A stretch of DNA of 64,000 nt from Massalongia carnosa (GCA_965645245.1 OZ287074.1:868001-932000); one strand, 5' to 3'; shown: positions 1-13,159, counted from the first letter of the stretch. Notes: generated by a model from the sequence alone, not told the origin. Made by a program: numbers and translations.

Positions 1-341
1 ACACCAACCAGAAACGCAGGCTGCATAAGTCGAACAGATCTTGCCAGGAAGTACAGGTTCTCTAAGCTTCCTTCTACGCCCAAACCCAAGGATCCCGTTT
101 TCTCGGATTGAAGACCCGATAGCGCCTTCAAGAAGTTACGGTTGTCTCGATTGAGAGGCTGATAAGCCACCCAAACGAGATATGATAAACATTCCCACCT
201 CGGAACAACCCACGCCAAACTCCAAGACGCCATTTCTTTACCTAACTGGATAAAGCGTTTCAATCCAACAGCAAACCGCCATGCTCTGTACAGCCTGACG
301 GAAGTATGCCATACCCCACAGCCAAATTTCTTCGCAAGATA
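1..341 (-). CDS. possible exon of an unknown gene running off the window edge
   Basis: A branch-like GCTAAT and a TAG acceptor precede a stop-free frame (YLAKKFGCGVWHTSVRLYRAWRF...MQPAFLVG) that runs to position 1. No family recognised. Confidence 0.2.
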
Positions 342-1753
342 CTACCTAAAACACCCCTAGCATTAGCAAGCAGCTAGAACTACTTTATCACGCTTCAAGA
401 AAATTCATCTATCAAAATAGTCCTTCCCTCATTCCTAGCTATAACTTGAAGCACATTCATCCCAAAAGGCAGGCGTATAGTATATTTCCTCCCTCTCCCC
501 CCCCCCATACGGGAGGAGAGACACGGGTACCCTATAAGCCGGACGGAGAGAGAATATGAACCAGATTTCAGCCCAGCCCAATCAACCAAGACCTTTTTTG
601 TATCCGTCCGACGTATTTTTATCAACAAATAGGGTGCTGAATCGAAAAAAAAACGAGCTCCAACGAACGGAATACATGTTCGTATGGATGGGTACATAGG
701 AGGTAGGTAATTGCAAGCCGAAGCGAAGAGCTTTTAGTTTCGTTGTACGAGTTGGACCGGTAGCATCATCAATACGGAGTAAGCAGTAGGTAAAAAAACA
801 TGTGCCTAGTTAGCACGTCTGCTGTCAGAGATCGATAAGTATAGATAGGGGATGGAGGGAGGTCGATGGGAAAAATAGATAGATACCGAGATGTTCGTGC
901 GAACTTGAGTAGCATTTAGTGCCCGATTCGATTTTTTATCCACACCGATGGGTACTTTCCTCCTCTCCCTTTTCCGTTCACCTGTCTAGTCTACCTAAGC
1001 TCTCCTCTGACAAACAAGTCCCCTTCCCCGGCAACCGCTTACACGATAAATACTTGCATCTATGTATCCATCCGTATCTACAAATCAACCTCTTTCAAGT
1101 CTTTCCTTTCTTTCCTTTCCATTCTTCCATTTTCCGAGAAAGACAAAAGATCTAGCTATTCGTGACTGGTATGATTAGAGGGCCAAGGGCCAAGGGGCAG
1201 GATTCTGGGGATGGAGGGAGGATTGATGGGCTGATTATTGAGTTGTTGATGCGGTTGATGAGTAGGGGAAGGGGTTGTTTCGAGCCTCACTCAACAGCGC
1301 GAGTGGGTGGCAATGTAGCCAACCAATCAATCGATAGATAGGGCTGAGTAGCTAGCTACCTGCCATAGCTAAGGTCATCAAGCTCAGAAAAATAAGAGAA
1401 TGAAGAACGTCACTAGGTGTATTTGTCGCCCGTAAAGCGACTTAAGTTCCCTAACCCCCGAAAACACCGGAAAGAAATTGATCGCATAAAAGAAAGGAAC
1501 CGAAAAGATAAGAAAAATGTAGCTAGTGGTAAGACCACAGATGCTCTGGCCGACCGAGTATGAAGTAAACCGTACCCATGACCATATAACCAAGCATCTG
1601 ACCTCGAGGAACAAGGAATTTGACCCGAGAAGATCCGTATCTAGAGGCCATGTTTGACTGACTACGCAACAGTAAGCTCGTGAGGCAAAGTTACAATCCT
1701 CCCTGCTTTAGCCCTTAGCCCTAACCTTCCGAAACGCCAAACTTAACTTGGGG

Positions 1754-3859
1754 CTATCGATCTGATGTTGGGTGATTCCAGGACCCTGTAGGTCGCGCAA
1801 CACACCTGACGAACCGAACTATAGGCGCGAAGGCATTCCGGCTCGCACGCTCCGTCCATTCTCGACCATTGGACTCATCGTCCGCCCACAGATTCTGCGA
1901 TTCTTCTGGGATGGGTAGGTGTTCTGCCGGATCAGGAATCCATTCCAATACGTCGAATGGCTCGGGAATCCAACGCCATATATTAGCTAGCCAGAAAACT
2001 CCTGGTCGTATGTCGATTGATTTTAGAAGATGGATTCCATAGCGTTGTTGCAGGTCCTGCAAACACGCCACATGTTCTTTCAGCTGATTCGCGTCCGTGC
2101 GTGGAAGATAGTGATGTGGCATGCCTAGGGAGTTTGCTAGGCTCTTCAACGAGCGCTTCAACGCCGCTTCACAGGGGTCGGTGAAGATGAAACGACCATT
2201 TATAGCTGGGTCCGGAGTAACCACACACACCTTTTTTCGAGTCACCATTATCACGTCAGGCAGCACACGGTAGGTGTAGAAGACCACTTTTAAAGTCTTT
2301 AGGGTGGGTGTCCACAGGTGTGGTACAAAGCCAGCGAGGGTATCATCCATCGACCATTGATCGAATAGCACATTGACTTCTACAGGCATATAGAGCTTTA
2401 AATACTCCAGAGATTTGAAGGATCGTAGAAGAGTGATATGTGGGGAGACCTGATCGTAGAATACTCGTTAGCTTATCTGTATTGAAGGAATGACGGAGAG
2501 TGTTTTTCTAGGGAATACGAACACATGAAGCATCTTCCCAGTTGAGGTTTATCCCCAGCCTATTGAGCTCAGTACACGTATGACTGATGAACTCAAGATC
2601 ATAAACATCGATTGAGTTGAGAGGCAAAACAAGGGGATGAGCCTCTATTGCAACATAGGCTGCAATTTCAGGCTCCTGGAGCTTGAGAGAACGAAGCGTG
2701 CTCCGATTACTCCAAAGACATTCCCGAATTATTGCCATGCTTGTGTCTACAAGCACCAGCTGCAGCTTTTGAAGGCAGTTGAGTCGGAGGAGAAAATAAT
2801 GAAAACCGCGGTTACGATCACGCAAGTCGTGAAAGGGCCCATATTGAATTTGACTAACTTTTAGCGTTAATGGCTGTGAGTTGCTTTTCTCCAGAATAGT
2901 GAACATTAAATCCGGGTCGATACATAGTTTCAACTTCAAGACACAAAGATATTTAGTGTACATTGTGTTAATAGTTCTGATGTTGTCTGGTCGAAAGTCA
3001 TACCAAACATAATTCATCACTGCCAAGGGGCGGGCGAATATGTTTTTCAGGGGGGTTAGGCTAGCCAATGTCGAAATGGAGTCGTTAGCTACATCGGACA
3101 AGGCAAGGCTAATCGGTTCTTCTAGTGAGACGTCAAGGTCCTTAAAAACCAGTTGAGAGTGACAGTCATTATCCAGTTTCCCTCTGAATTGACAAGCCGC
3201 CAATAGTCTGGACGTCTTAGGATTATTCCAAACTTTGTGCATCTGTCCAAGAAATCCAACTTCACCTCTGTGACAATCATCTTCTGCTGGGAGAATGGCG
3301 CTGAAAAGCAATCTCCAGTCGTGAGCACGAGGATGTGCGTTTAGGGTTGCAACAAGATCATCGGGGATTAAGGTTGGTGCATGCCAGCTATGCATATTAA
3401 TCATTAGCAAACGACTAGGATCCTCTCTAGCTTAACCGTAAGAGAACTCACACAAACGACTCGAGATTTGGTACGAGACCCATCAGGATCCTGACCAGCC
3501 TCAAAGACTCTTTCTGAACTAATATCCAGCGGCCTAGTTCCGGCTTGGGATGGTGCACCGTATATGGCCACATATTCAAAATCAAAGAGTGTAAATGCCG
3601 ACAATTGGCCGGATTGGTTACCACCAGCGACTGTAAGAGGAGCGCTGTTCGGATTACCTTTGTTGGCTTAAATTCAAGCGTGATGTTCCGATAAAGCCAC
3701 GGGGTCGCTGCATCATTCCAAAACCGTGACGTTAGAGCGAGCGCCCTCAAATCTTCCGTCGTACCGTGACTGTAAAGCTATGAAACAATCAGTGAAATCC
3801 AAAACGATCAAGAAAGGCCTGACCTGTTCGCAGACCAAACGTGCACAGTCTGCAGCCAT
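1754..3859 (-). CDS. fungal F-box-like protein, about 4 exons
   Basis: Splicing joins MAADCARLVCEQ|LYSHGTTEDLRALALTSRFWNDAATPWLYRNITL, which resembles the fungal F-box-like pattern, to ORFs 2508-3410 and 1754-2389 (Leu-rich LxxL segments). GT..AG introns with CTRAY branch sites are present. Confidence 0.65.
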
Positions 3860-3903
3860 GATCGCGGGTGGATATTTAAGGGGGGGTCTATAGTCCTGAA
3901 GAT

Positions 3904-4158
3904 TTAGAGATAGGGAATAAAGAGCCCAATATGTCTTTGTAGTAAAAAATTCCCAACGATGCTGTAGGCTTGAATAAGTGAAAACAATTAAGATTCAACG
4001 CGCTCTGATGGTAAGAATTTGAAGATGAAAGCTTAGAGATAGGGAATAGAGAGCCCAATATGTCCTGGTAGTCACAACTTCAACGATGCTGTAGGCTTGG
4101 ATAAAAAGAAACGATGAAGGCTCAACATGCTCTGGTGCCCAAGACTTTGAAGATCAAA
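3904..4158. repeat. degenerate tandem duplication, two units with 129-bp period
   Basis: Both units (starting 3904 and 4033) contain TTAGAGATAGGGAATA.AGAGCCCAATATGTC, CAACGATGCTGTAGGCTTG.ATAA and TTTGAAGAT.AAA. Confidence 0.9.
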
Positions 4159-7100
4159 CGATCATAAATACGTGAATCCAGAAAAGCCACCCGAAAATGT
4201 GTCGTCGTTCCCAACCCCAGGCGAGCTAACGGGATATCCCGGAACAAGACAGCGATAGCTTAGGCAATGTTGCTAGCATTAGGGTTTATTATTTCACCTC
4301 GTCTTCTTCAACAATGTCTAAATCCATGATTAAATCGTCAAGACGAGTGTAAGTGGGCCACCGAATAACGTCGTTAAGGGGCTTCGGATAGTTCTTCATC
4401 TATCACCCATCCTTTCAATGTTCAAGAGGCAGGCAAACAGAAGGGGGGAAACATGAGAACGCCCTGCAAAACGACAAAAAGATGATCACACGTTCCCGAC
4501 GTCATTCCTAAGGACTGTCCTTTTAGTGATCCTTATCGAAGACAAAGCATAGATTCGACCACCTGCACATTCTTGCACCCCTACATATTTTCAGTCAGTA
4601 AACTGGCTTCAAAGAGATTAAGATCGGGCTTGATGGCTACCCTATATGTTGTTGCTGTACCAAGTATTCAACTTCCATTCGGCGGAAAGTTGGGAGATGT
4701 TTTCGTGCCGGCGTTAGGGGTAGCCGCCAAGGGACGAACAGAGCATTCAACGGCTAATCATACAACCTGAAACTTTCGGCGCACTCAGAAATCATCGGTT
4801 TGCGGAATATCTGCTTTATCCAAACAAGTTCATCACCGCAGCCAAGGAAATAATATAATTGCATCACCTTAGTTCCACCAACTCGAGAGCCAATCGCTAA
4901 TTAATCAGCCGTAATTAAAAATCAACGTGTTTCTTCTTGAAAATGATGAAGGCGGCATAATGCCCCCCATGATTAAGATGCACAGGGTGAGAGGAACAAG
5001 AAGAAGAAAGGGAATCCATGTTTGAGACAGCCTTACCGCTATTGTTCAAAATTGTTACTCGATTATTTCCCAGCAAGATAGTAATATTAGGGATAGCCTG
5101 AGCATCACTCTAGGCTATATCACAAGAAAAAATAATTGGTAGCAATGCTTAACACCGACGTACACGACTACTTTGTTCCCGTACAAGTATTTTCGGTGAG
5201 ACAACGGTTGAGACCATCTATGCTCTACTGCAATAAGACTTTCATTTTCAGCATCGGCCATAGGCTATTGAAAAATGATGACGACGACGTGGTTAGTGAG
5301 TATACGAGATGTGAATATGAAGAGGCGAGGCGCTAATTGCCGCTCCCGTTTCCGCTCCCGAACCTAACGTTATCACGTGTACTATGTAACTCTTTATCCT
5401 TCACGAAATCCGTGTCGAGCACTGCATAGACTCGCGTTCTATTGACATGATACCTGAAAGATCAAGTCGCTCTGATAATACTCCCACAGAACACATTGGA
5501 TTGCTTAAAAAACTAGCCATCTCGAGTATAAGAAATCCTCGCCCACCTTCCAGGCTTCCATTACACCTCCCTCGTTCTGGCCAAAATACGCGCGAGTCTG
5601 ATAACCCGCCCTTTGGCAGTTCTACGATCTCAATCTTCAGGTAGTGTGCAATGCGATAATGGACCTGAAGAAGGTTTTTTTCAGTTACGGGCTTGGATAG
5701 CTCGTATGATCTATACCCACTGCGCAGTAGCTCTCGAACGAGCAAGAGGGGGCGGGGCAAGGTAAACATGCACTCAGAAGACGGAGAAAATGAGAATTGC
5801 GATGGTTATCTTTTTGACGAGTCTATGGTATCAGTGGAAGGAGCATGTTGATCCCTTTGCGTGGAAACGAAACCATTTAAAAAATAAAAACAACATACTG
5901 AGCACACTCTTTCGCAAGCCCCTCGAAGCTGGGCGGAGTATGGGGTGGTGATCGGTTGTCCTGATAGGTTCGGGAGAGGAAATCAGGCAGGCACTGCATG
6001 CACCATAGAGGGCAGTTTAAGCAAAAATACGAATTTTTCTCATTTTCAAGAGTCTTGATGGAGATGAAAAACGGTCGAAGTGTTTTGGGACTGTTGCGAG
6101 ATGGCCGCGTTCTGCTTTGTCTAGCTATTTCGATTCTCCAGCTTATGTCCTCCTTCCCTCCCTCCTCGCGCTCCAACCCCCCCGGGATAATTCCGACAAA
6201 GAGGTATCCATGGATTTCTCGCGTCTACTAATCGGCCAAAAAGACATGCCATACACATTGAGACTTCTATTTCGATTTTTTCTTTGTCTACTTATCCATT
6301 CCATCACAATATATTGACTCCAAACATCATCTCATTCTCCCCATCATCATCCCACCCTTTAGCCTCTTTTTCACCTCGCTCGTCCTCGATTTATTTCGCA
6401 AAAAACCATATCTGATTCATCATATTCATGCTCCAAAATCAAGAGGATATTATACTCTCTTCTACATTTCTTCTTTCAAGCAATCCGAGTGCATAAGCAA
6501 TCGATCAGTCCTTTAATTCTGTTTCGTCACTTGCAAGGCGATGCAATACACATTAACACCAATGTGCTCTACTAATCCTGTAGAAAAAACGAAAGCGACG
6601 CAATATGAAAACAATGAATTAAAAAACCCCCCGCAAGGTCGAACCTCTACCAGAACCCAGGGACGAAATATTCAAACTGCAAAACAGTTGTGAAGCCAAA
6701 AGCCCCCTTACAACACGATAGGGCCTACGTAGATAAATGCCTGGGTGCCAGTCGCCGAAAGCCCCTCAGAAACGCCCTATTTGGGTACGTCTGTCCCTTC
6801 TCGATCGGCCTCTATATACTTTCTTCCATCTTTATCGTTTCTTCTCACCTTCCAGGAAAAGCAGAAGAAACCCCTTTCTATCTTTTCTTCTCCTTCTTCC
6901 TCTATCTTTCCTTTTCCATATTCCCGTTCTCCACCGGTTGGATGAATGAATGCGGGTTGTCATACATTCTTCCGTCCCTTTCCCCCTTCATTTAACAACC
7001 GGCTAGCTGGTGGCCATGGTACCACTTTTTTCCCTTTCTCTTTTAGTTGCAGTATCTAGCTGCCTTCTTCCCTGCATCCTACTTCTCGGCGGCTACTGCT

Positions 7101-7770
7101 GATCGATTACTTGATTGGGAAAGTTACTTGATGCAATGATTTTCCGAATGGAAGGGGTAGGTAAGCTAAACCCCACGACCTCACCTCATCGGTCTACGGG
7201 TCTAACCTCTTCCGTTCCCCTCCTACCATTTCTCCATCTCGTCTTCTTCTTTTGCTCTCCAATCTCACTTTCCCCCCTCTATCCACTCGTCTCCTCCTCC
7301 TTATCTTCCTTCTCCTTCATTTCTCTCATCAATCTTTCTCCCTCCCATTGTTCTTATCTGTTTTCTTCCTTTTTATCCCACTTATGGACTTTAGGTATTT
7401 AAAAAGATAGACAATGAACTAAAAATAATAGAACAAGAAAGATGGGAAAGGAAAGGGAAAAAGACGATGGAAAGATATCAACCCAAAAAAAGTCCTCCTC
7501 CCCCCCGTCCCCACCCGGGACACTCACAAACACCCTTCCTGCAAAAAAAATCCCACAGGGTTTCCCCCACTCACTCTCCTCTCCACCCACACAAAAGTTT
7601 TATAGAAATCGAGACACCCAAAAACACCCCTCCCAATTCCCCCATCCCACGCGGGCTAAACACCTACGTACACGGACAAACCCGACCCGCGAGTTCAGTA
7701 GAAAAGAAAGAAGAGAATCACGAACGAGCGCTAGTAGCGGAAACGACAAAACGATATGAATCTCTTCTTT

Positions 7771-7790
7771 CAATCAATCAATCAATCAAT
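7771..7790. repeat. (CAAT)5 microsatellite within a low-complexity intergenic tract
   Basis: Read directly from the sequence. Confidence 0.85.
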
Positions 7791-8242
7791 GATTTAATTA
7801 ATCAATCAACCCATCAATACAGGAACGAAGACGAGAAGAGGAGGCGGAGGGCAGCAATGTCTTTCTTCCATCTACTCTTTTTTCTATATGTCTGTTTGTT
7901 CAATCATCCCTTTTTTATCCAAAAAAAAAAAAAGGCTCGTCCTTCGATTCATCCCAATTTCCGCTTCCCCTTACCGTCCCCTATTCTCCCCAACCCCCTT
8001 CTTCACCATCCCGCGCCCGTTCCATCCCTCCCAAGATCTCGCCACCTACCATTCACCTAGCCCAACCTAGCTGCTCATCTACTCACCCACCCAAAAAAGA
8101 AAGTGGTCTAGCACTTTACAAGGAGATACAGTATCTCGTTCTTCTTTTTCTTTGGCCCTCTCTCTCTCTCTTTCTTACTTCTTCTTCTAACCATTGTGGG
8201 TTTCTTTCTTCATTCCGGATCACGGGCATAAACGAAAGAAGA

Positions 8243-8276
8243 GAAGAAGAAGAAGAAGAATAACAACAACAACAAC
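8243..8276. repeat. compound microsatellite (GAA)6-T-(AAC)5
   Basis: Read directly from the sequence. Confidence 0.85.
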
Positions 8277-11200
8277 ATCATCAACAAAGAAGTCAACGTC
8301 TTGGTAGATGGATGGATGGATGGGTATAGAAAATCCCGAATGGAGGGAAGAACTTCTATCCGTCCAAGCTAACCACCTAACTATTCTACGACTATATCAC
8401 ATCACATGACACAGCAGGGCTCCCAATTGAAAACTCATCACCCACCCCTTCGCAACCCCCTCTCCCCCCTATAAAAAAATACCATTTCCTCAATACAATC
8501 CATACCGAAAATACCATCGGTATCTTATTTAGCCCTAAAGTAGTTATATGAAACCTGCCGATTGATCCCAAATCTGCTCGATGCAAAAATATCCCCTGAA
8601 ACCAACGATCGACCCGAATGAAGGAAAACGACCCCTGGAAGTAACTAGTCCCTTGTACCTAGTACACACGTACAAAACCGACAGGAAAAAAAGAAAATAG
8701 GTGGAAGACCGAATAAAAACTCTCGCTTAACGAATATCTACGTAGCACCTACCTATCTATATCCCTACCTACACTAGTTGCGGCTGAACCAACAAACATT
8801 TCGACATCAATGCGGAACAATAGACTTTTTCGCTGCATAATGCGGCGTGCAACGTCAGAAGCCAAAACGGTCTTGCATTAGTTGGCTTTTTGTTAGTATC
8901 CGCGTAAATAGAACGTAGGTACTGTACGAAGTACTTCGGTACACCTACTTCTGTACCGCGTATGCATCGAAAGTTCCATATCACGTACCCCTCCAAACCG
9001 ACCTTTTTCCTAAAGCGGGATCGTGGGGAGGCTTACACACAGAGCCGAGCAGAGCCCTCTTTTTAGTACCGAGTACCTTTTCCGCCCCCAAATAAGAACT
9101 CTATGACGCTCTTCACTTAAAGGGAAAAAACAAACGAAAAAAACAGAAATGTTTCGTAAAACTGTGACGATGGGTGGTTCCAGAGTCCTGGACTTGTTAA
9201 CGACCTTTGGGTTGTTATGTTTGGAATACGGGAGTCTTGAATTGAAATAGCAGATGACGTCATCCGGATTATCCAGCTTTCCCCCACCCAACCTCCCTCT
9301 CGCGGACGCAGACGCATCCGGTTCTTCGCGTACCTGCATGCTCAGCGCATCATGCTGACTCCAGGTCTTCCCTTTCCTGCACTAGGGGGATAACAAGGCT
9401 ATGGTGCGAACAAACCTTGAAAAGGCAAAGTAGGGATTGCATGGCTATTCTTTCGGGCGAACCGAATCCTCTTCTGCAGGAACAGCTGCTTTCAAGGTAT
9501 AGGTCCGGTTCTACGGAGGACGTGCATACCTTCCTTACTTACACATTCCAGGCTCCGATCACTCTTGTTCGCCGACTAATGGGGGAAGGCTCCAGGGCTG
9601 AAAATGCTCATGAATTCCCTAAATCCAATGCATGGGTTTTGATACAACCAATGGCCCTACGGAGCCCTTATGAGTGGTGGACCCCGTTGACCAGTGAGGG
9701 TCGGAGATGGTTTCCCAGGCAGGCATTTACAGCCCGAATCAACCAACCCTCGCGAAATCGGATCACTTATCCATTGCCTCGTCATCTCACTTTTGACCTC
9801 TCCATTATCTTCAGTTTCTAATTCTTTCCTAATTAATATGAAAAAAGGCGAACAAGCGCAAATGGTCATGTCCTAGTTTGGTTCCATGTTGGAATTGCAG
9901 ATTTTGGGGGCGAAGAACGCGGAGAAGCATCGAAACTACGCATGCCATTGCTTGCGCCGGCCCGCCAAGGCATGCTAAGCCGCACAATAAACTATGATTG
10001 GTTTCTTGAAAGAAGTCAACAGTCGTTAGCACAAGTTCATGACGAAAAGCTTAGCTCAATAGTGCAGTTCTTATCGAACGTTGCATTTGACTATTTGGTA
10101 CCTATGAGGCTAAGGGTCCGCCATCTTTAACAGCCCTGGAAGTGGCAGCAGCTGGTCGAATTTCCAGAAAAGGTGAAACACAGGTTTGAGAATACGATTG
10201 AGGGCGCAGAAATCGATGGAAGGAGCCAATCTGCCGGCATCAATCTAGAAGCTGCAGGGCCCCTTTCGAACTATACTTTCCTCATGCTAGCTCTACTAGT
10301 CATGGACGAAAGGGGCGTATCGAACCAGAATCCTCAAGAACTTTCGATCAGTATGAGTGGGATATGAGCTATTGTAGGCTCGGTAAGGCGAGGATAAGGT
10401 TATACAGGTGGAAACCCTCTCGCGGATTTTGGACAATCTGACCCTCCCAGAGTCGTACCAAGCACCCCGCATTTGACGAAAAGATGCTCGGGCTATAGAT
10501 ATAGAGTTATTTGTTAGCTGAGACCTAGTTTTATGTATAGGCCCTAATGCCCTTCCTGATACCTTCAGTCGGTCCTCCTACGATGGTATGGGAGGCACAA
10601 CGGCTTAATGGAACCCATCAAGTGCGTGAGCCTATTCCTACCGCATTCCCCAGAACCTAGTTTCATACGATGCAGATTGCCGCGACGATGCGCTCATCAG
10701 TAATCGGCTCGAACATAGAAAGATGCCTGTTCATGGGAAACCCATTGGTATGAAAAGCATGGTTCTCTGCAAAGTCGTGAGAGTATTACCCGAAAGAGGT
10801 TGATCCAAGGGGGAGTACAGCGTGCGTTGTTTCAATTCGGTCTTTAGCATGATGCAGTCTCCATTTCACGTGGCAACTGCCCGGAAATGAATGCCAACCC
10901 TTAGGATAGTACGCCAGGACCAGTGCACGGTGGATTCTAATGGCAAGCATGTTAAAAGTCTGATCTCAAGGCGATATGTTGCCTTGGCGGTGATTTGCTT
11001 TCCAAAAGATGCCGAATACGATCAATGCAAACCATGATTAAAATTAAGTGACAGTTCTTCTTCGGTGAGCGATGGTTGACGAGTCCGTGCGAGGGGGAAA
11101 AAACATTAGAATTCAAAGGCACCATTAGGCACCAAGCCCCCCATGCAGCGAAGATCATGCAAGATCAAAAAGAATCATTAAGGGTCATTTGCGTGCATAA

Positions 11201-11832
11201 TCACCGCTAATAGAGACAAGAAACTCACGGTGGCTGTCCACCAAGTGCTGCAGTAAGGAACTTTACTCGGATATCTCCGATTACCTTGCTTGTTGCGAGC
11301 TCGCGACTTGCGAGTGTCTCACCAGCAGGTTCCCCATGATTCTGGGAATAATTGACGGTAACTGTACCGGTATGTCCGTCCATCGGCAGCGAAAGTGCAA
11401 AGCTGGTGTCATCGTTACCTAAGAAAGGGTAACGATCATCATCAAGGACCTATTTTGACGACGATCCAAGCCACCAACGACATGAGAGAAGTCGACAAGA
11501 CTATTAATACTCCCTGGGACGACAATGTGTCTCACGTCCGATCGTGGGGCTGGTAGCGACCTCGGAGTTCGTGGTGGGAATGTCGTGGAGCCGTGATCAG
11601 TAGCTAACGTAGTTTAGGTAGTTAGGCCTGTTGACCAGTGAACCTCATTGAACCGACAATGATCCAGAATATTCTCCGCAAAGTTGGGTTGATGCAGGGT
11701 AAGCGTGCGACAGTCGGACCGAAACCATGATATGGGATATGGGATACGTGATTGTTGTATGTTCATTGGCCTCTTCAAACCATGGCTTGGTTTCTTCTAA
11801 GAGTTGTACAAGGTATGGGTTTGCAAAGTTGG

Positions 11833-11878
11833 CACGCGGGTGACAAAATAAATTGCAACGTGTAAGCGAATTTACCCC
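11833..11878 (+). repeat. left terminal inverted repeat
   Basis: 46/46 reverse-complement match to 13114-13159. Confidence 0.95.
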
Positions 11879-11931
11879 TGAATGCCCCATCAAAACACCC
11901 TCCTTTTTTTCAACTTTTTATCTCATCATCA

Positions 11932-13035
11932 ATGTCTCGACCCAAAAAGCCTCATTATGATACTCCCACAAAGGCCAAAGTTCAAGGAGCTTATCAATTT
12001 CTCATCTCACATGCAATTCCATTCGATCCACGGGCCATTTTTCAGGAATTTGGCGTGGCCGAGCGCGCGGGCTATAACATCATCAAAAGCGGAGCTTCTT
12101 CTCGCACACGTCACAATTCTTCTCTCGTTGAGACTCGGGGTCGAAAGCGAAAGATTAGTGATGATCAGCTGAAGGAGGCAGATCACATTCTGCAGGATCA
12201 AGATCTACAATTGGAAGGAAAACGCTACACATGGGATGCTTTAGCACAGGAGATTGGGGCCGACGTGATGGGACGTACAATGAAGAGAACTCTTACAGCT
12301 GCCTTGAATGATCACAAATGTCTAGCCTGTGTCAAAGGGTGGCTGGCAATGGCATCAGAAGAAAGAAGAGAAGAATTTGCTACAGTTATGTTAAATAAAT
12401 ATCCTCGGTCCGAAGACTGGCATCGCGTACGATTCAGCGATGAGATTCATTTTGGCTACGGGCCTGAAGGACAGTTACGAATCATTCGTAAGCCCGGAAC
12501 AAGATATCGTTGGGATTGTATTCAGCATCGTGATGCACCACCTGAGAAAGATCGTAAAAGAAAGCACTGCTGGGCAGCAGTTGGTTACAATTTCAAGTCG
12601 GATATCTACTTCTACGATGTGCCCAGCAATAGCAATGGAAAAATGACTCATCAGGTGTATATTGACGCTATTCTTGATCCCGTTGTCAAGCCCTGGTTGG
12701 AGCGTGGAGATGACTTCGTACTTGAAGAAGATGGAGACTCTGGTCATGGCACGGGCAAGACACGAAACGCGGTCAAAAAGTGGAAGTTAGATCACGATTT
12801 AGAGCACTATTTCAATTGTGCTTCATCTCCTGATCTAGCCTCTATTGAAAATTGCTGGCAGCCCGCAAAGCAGCATGTTCGTAAATTTCCTCATTGGGAC
12901 GATGCAAGTTTGGAGCAGCTGATTAGGGAGGGATGGGCTCGAGTCAGTCAGGAATTTATCAATGAAAGGGTGTTATCCATGCCCAAAAGATTGAAAGAGG
13001 TAAAAGATGCAAAGGGGGCGATGACTGGTTATTGA
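11932..13035 (+). CDS. DDE transposase, IS630/Tc1-like (DD38E)
   Basis: 367-aa intronless ORF with an N-terminal HTH-like region, RGRKRK, and the catalytic motifs FSDE, LEEDGDSGH and SPDLASIENCW. There are 38 residues between the second D and the E. Confidence 0.95.
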   Translation: MSRPKKPHYDTPTKAKVQGAYQFLISHAIPFDPRAIFQEFGVAERAGYNIIKSGASSRTRHNSSLVETRGRKRKISDDQLKEADHILQDQDLQLEGKRYTWDALAQEIGADVMGRTMKRTLTAALNDHKCLACVKGWLAMASEERREEFATVMLNKYPRSEDWHRVRFSDEIHFGYGPEGQLRIIRKPGTRYRWDCIQHRDAPPEKDRKRKHCWAAVGYNFKSDIYFYDVPSNSNGKMTHQVYIDAILDPVVKPWLERGDDFVLEEDGDSGHGTGKTRNAVKKWKLDHDLEHYFNCASSPDLASIENCWQPAKQHVRKFPHWDDASLEQLIREGWARVSQEFINERVLSMPKRLKEVKDAKGAMTGY

Positions 13036-13113
13036 TCTCATGTAATTTAGATGAATTTTATCAGCTATGCAGATGATGGTTGATGATGAGATGAAAATTT
13101 GAATAAAAAAGGG

Positions 13114-13159
13114 GGGGTAAATTCGCTTACACGTTGCAATTTATTTTGTCACCCGCGTG
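13114..13159 (-). repeat. right terminal inverted repeat
   Basis: 46/46 reverse-complement match to 11833-11878. Confidence 0.95.

Larger units (their letters stand above)
11833..13159 (+). mobile_element. intact IS630/Tc1-mariner-type DNA transposon (1327 bp) with 46-bp perfect TIRs and a 5-bp GTTGG flanking duplication
   Basis: CACGCGGGTGACAAAATAAATTGCAACGTGTAAGCGAATTTACCCC at 11833-11878 and its exact reverse complement at 13114-13159 enclose a single transposase ORF. GTTGG lies at 11828-11832 and 13160-13164. Confidence 0.95.

Noticed and set aside
1708..1727. telomere-like TTAGCCCTTAGCCCTAACC
   Set aside because: It has only about three degenerate units, just past a stop codon. That is too short to call an interstitial telomere or a telomerase template.
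6620..6790. minus-strand GGTTCGACC (B-box-like) before a T run, with two crossing 7-bp helices suggesting a tRNA or HDV-like ribozyme
   Set aside because: I could not build a cloverleaf or A-box, and the HDV P3/L3 and J4/2 elements do not fit. Helices of 7 bp arise by chance. An Rfam cmscan would settle it.
5877..9000. many overlapping Phe/Ser/Pro- or Lys/Arg-rich ORFs
   Set aside because: These are by-products of purine/pyrimidine low-complexity tracts, with no domain or coherent splice structure.
11833..11851. resemblance of the TIR (CACGCGG...ACAAAATAA) to a RAG RSS or Transib end
   Set aside because: The spacer is 3 nt rather than 12 or 23, and the transposase motifs are Tc1-like. There is no support for a Transib assignment beyond the CAC start and the 5-bp duplication.
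11833..13159. Fanzor/TnpB cargo or guide RNA within the transposon
   Set aside because: The transposase fills the element. There is no second ORF or RuvC-like motif, and under 80 bp separates the stop codon from the right TIR.
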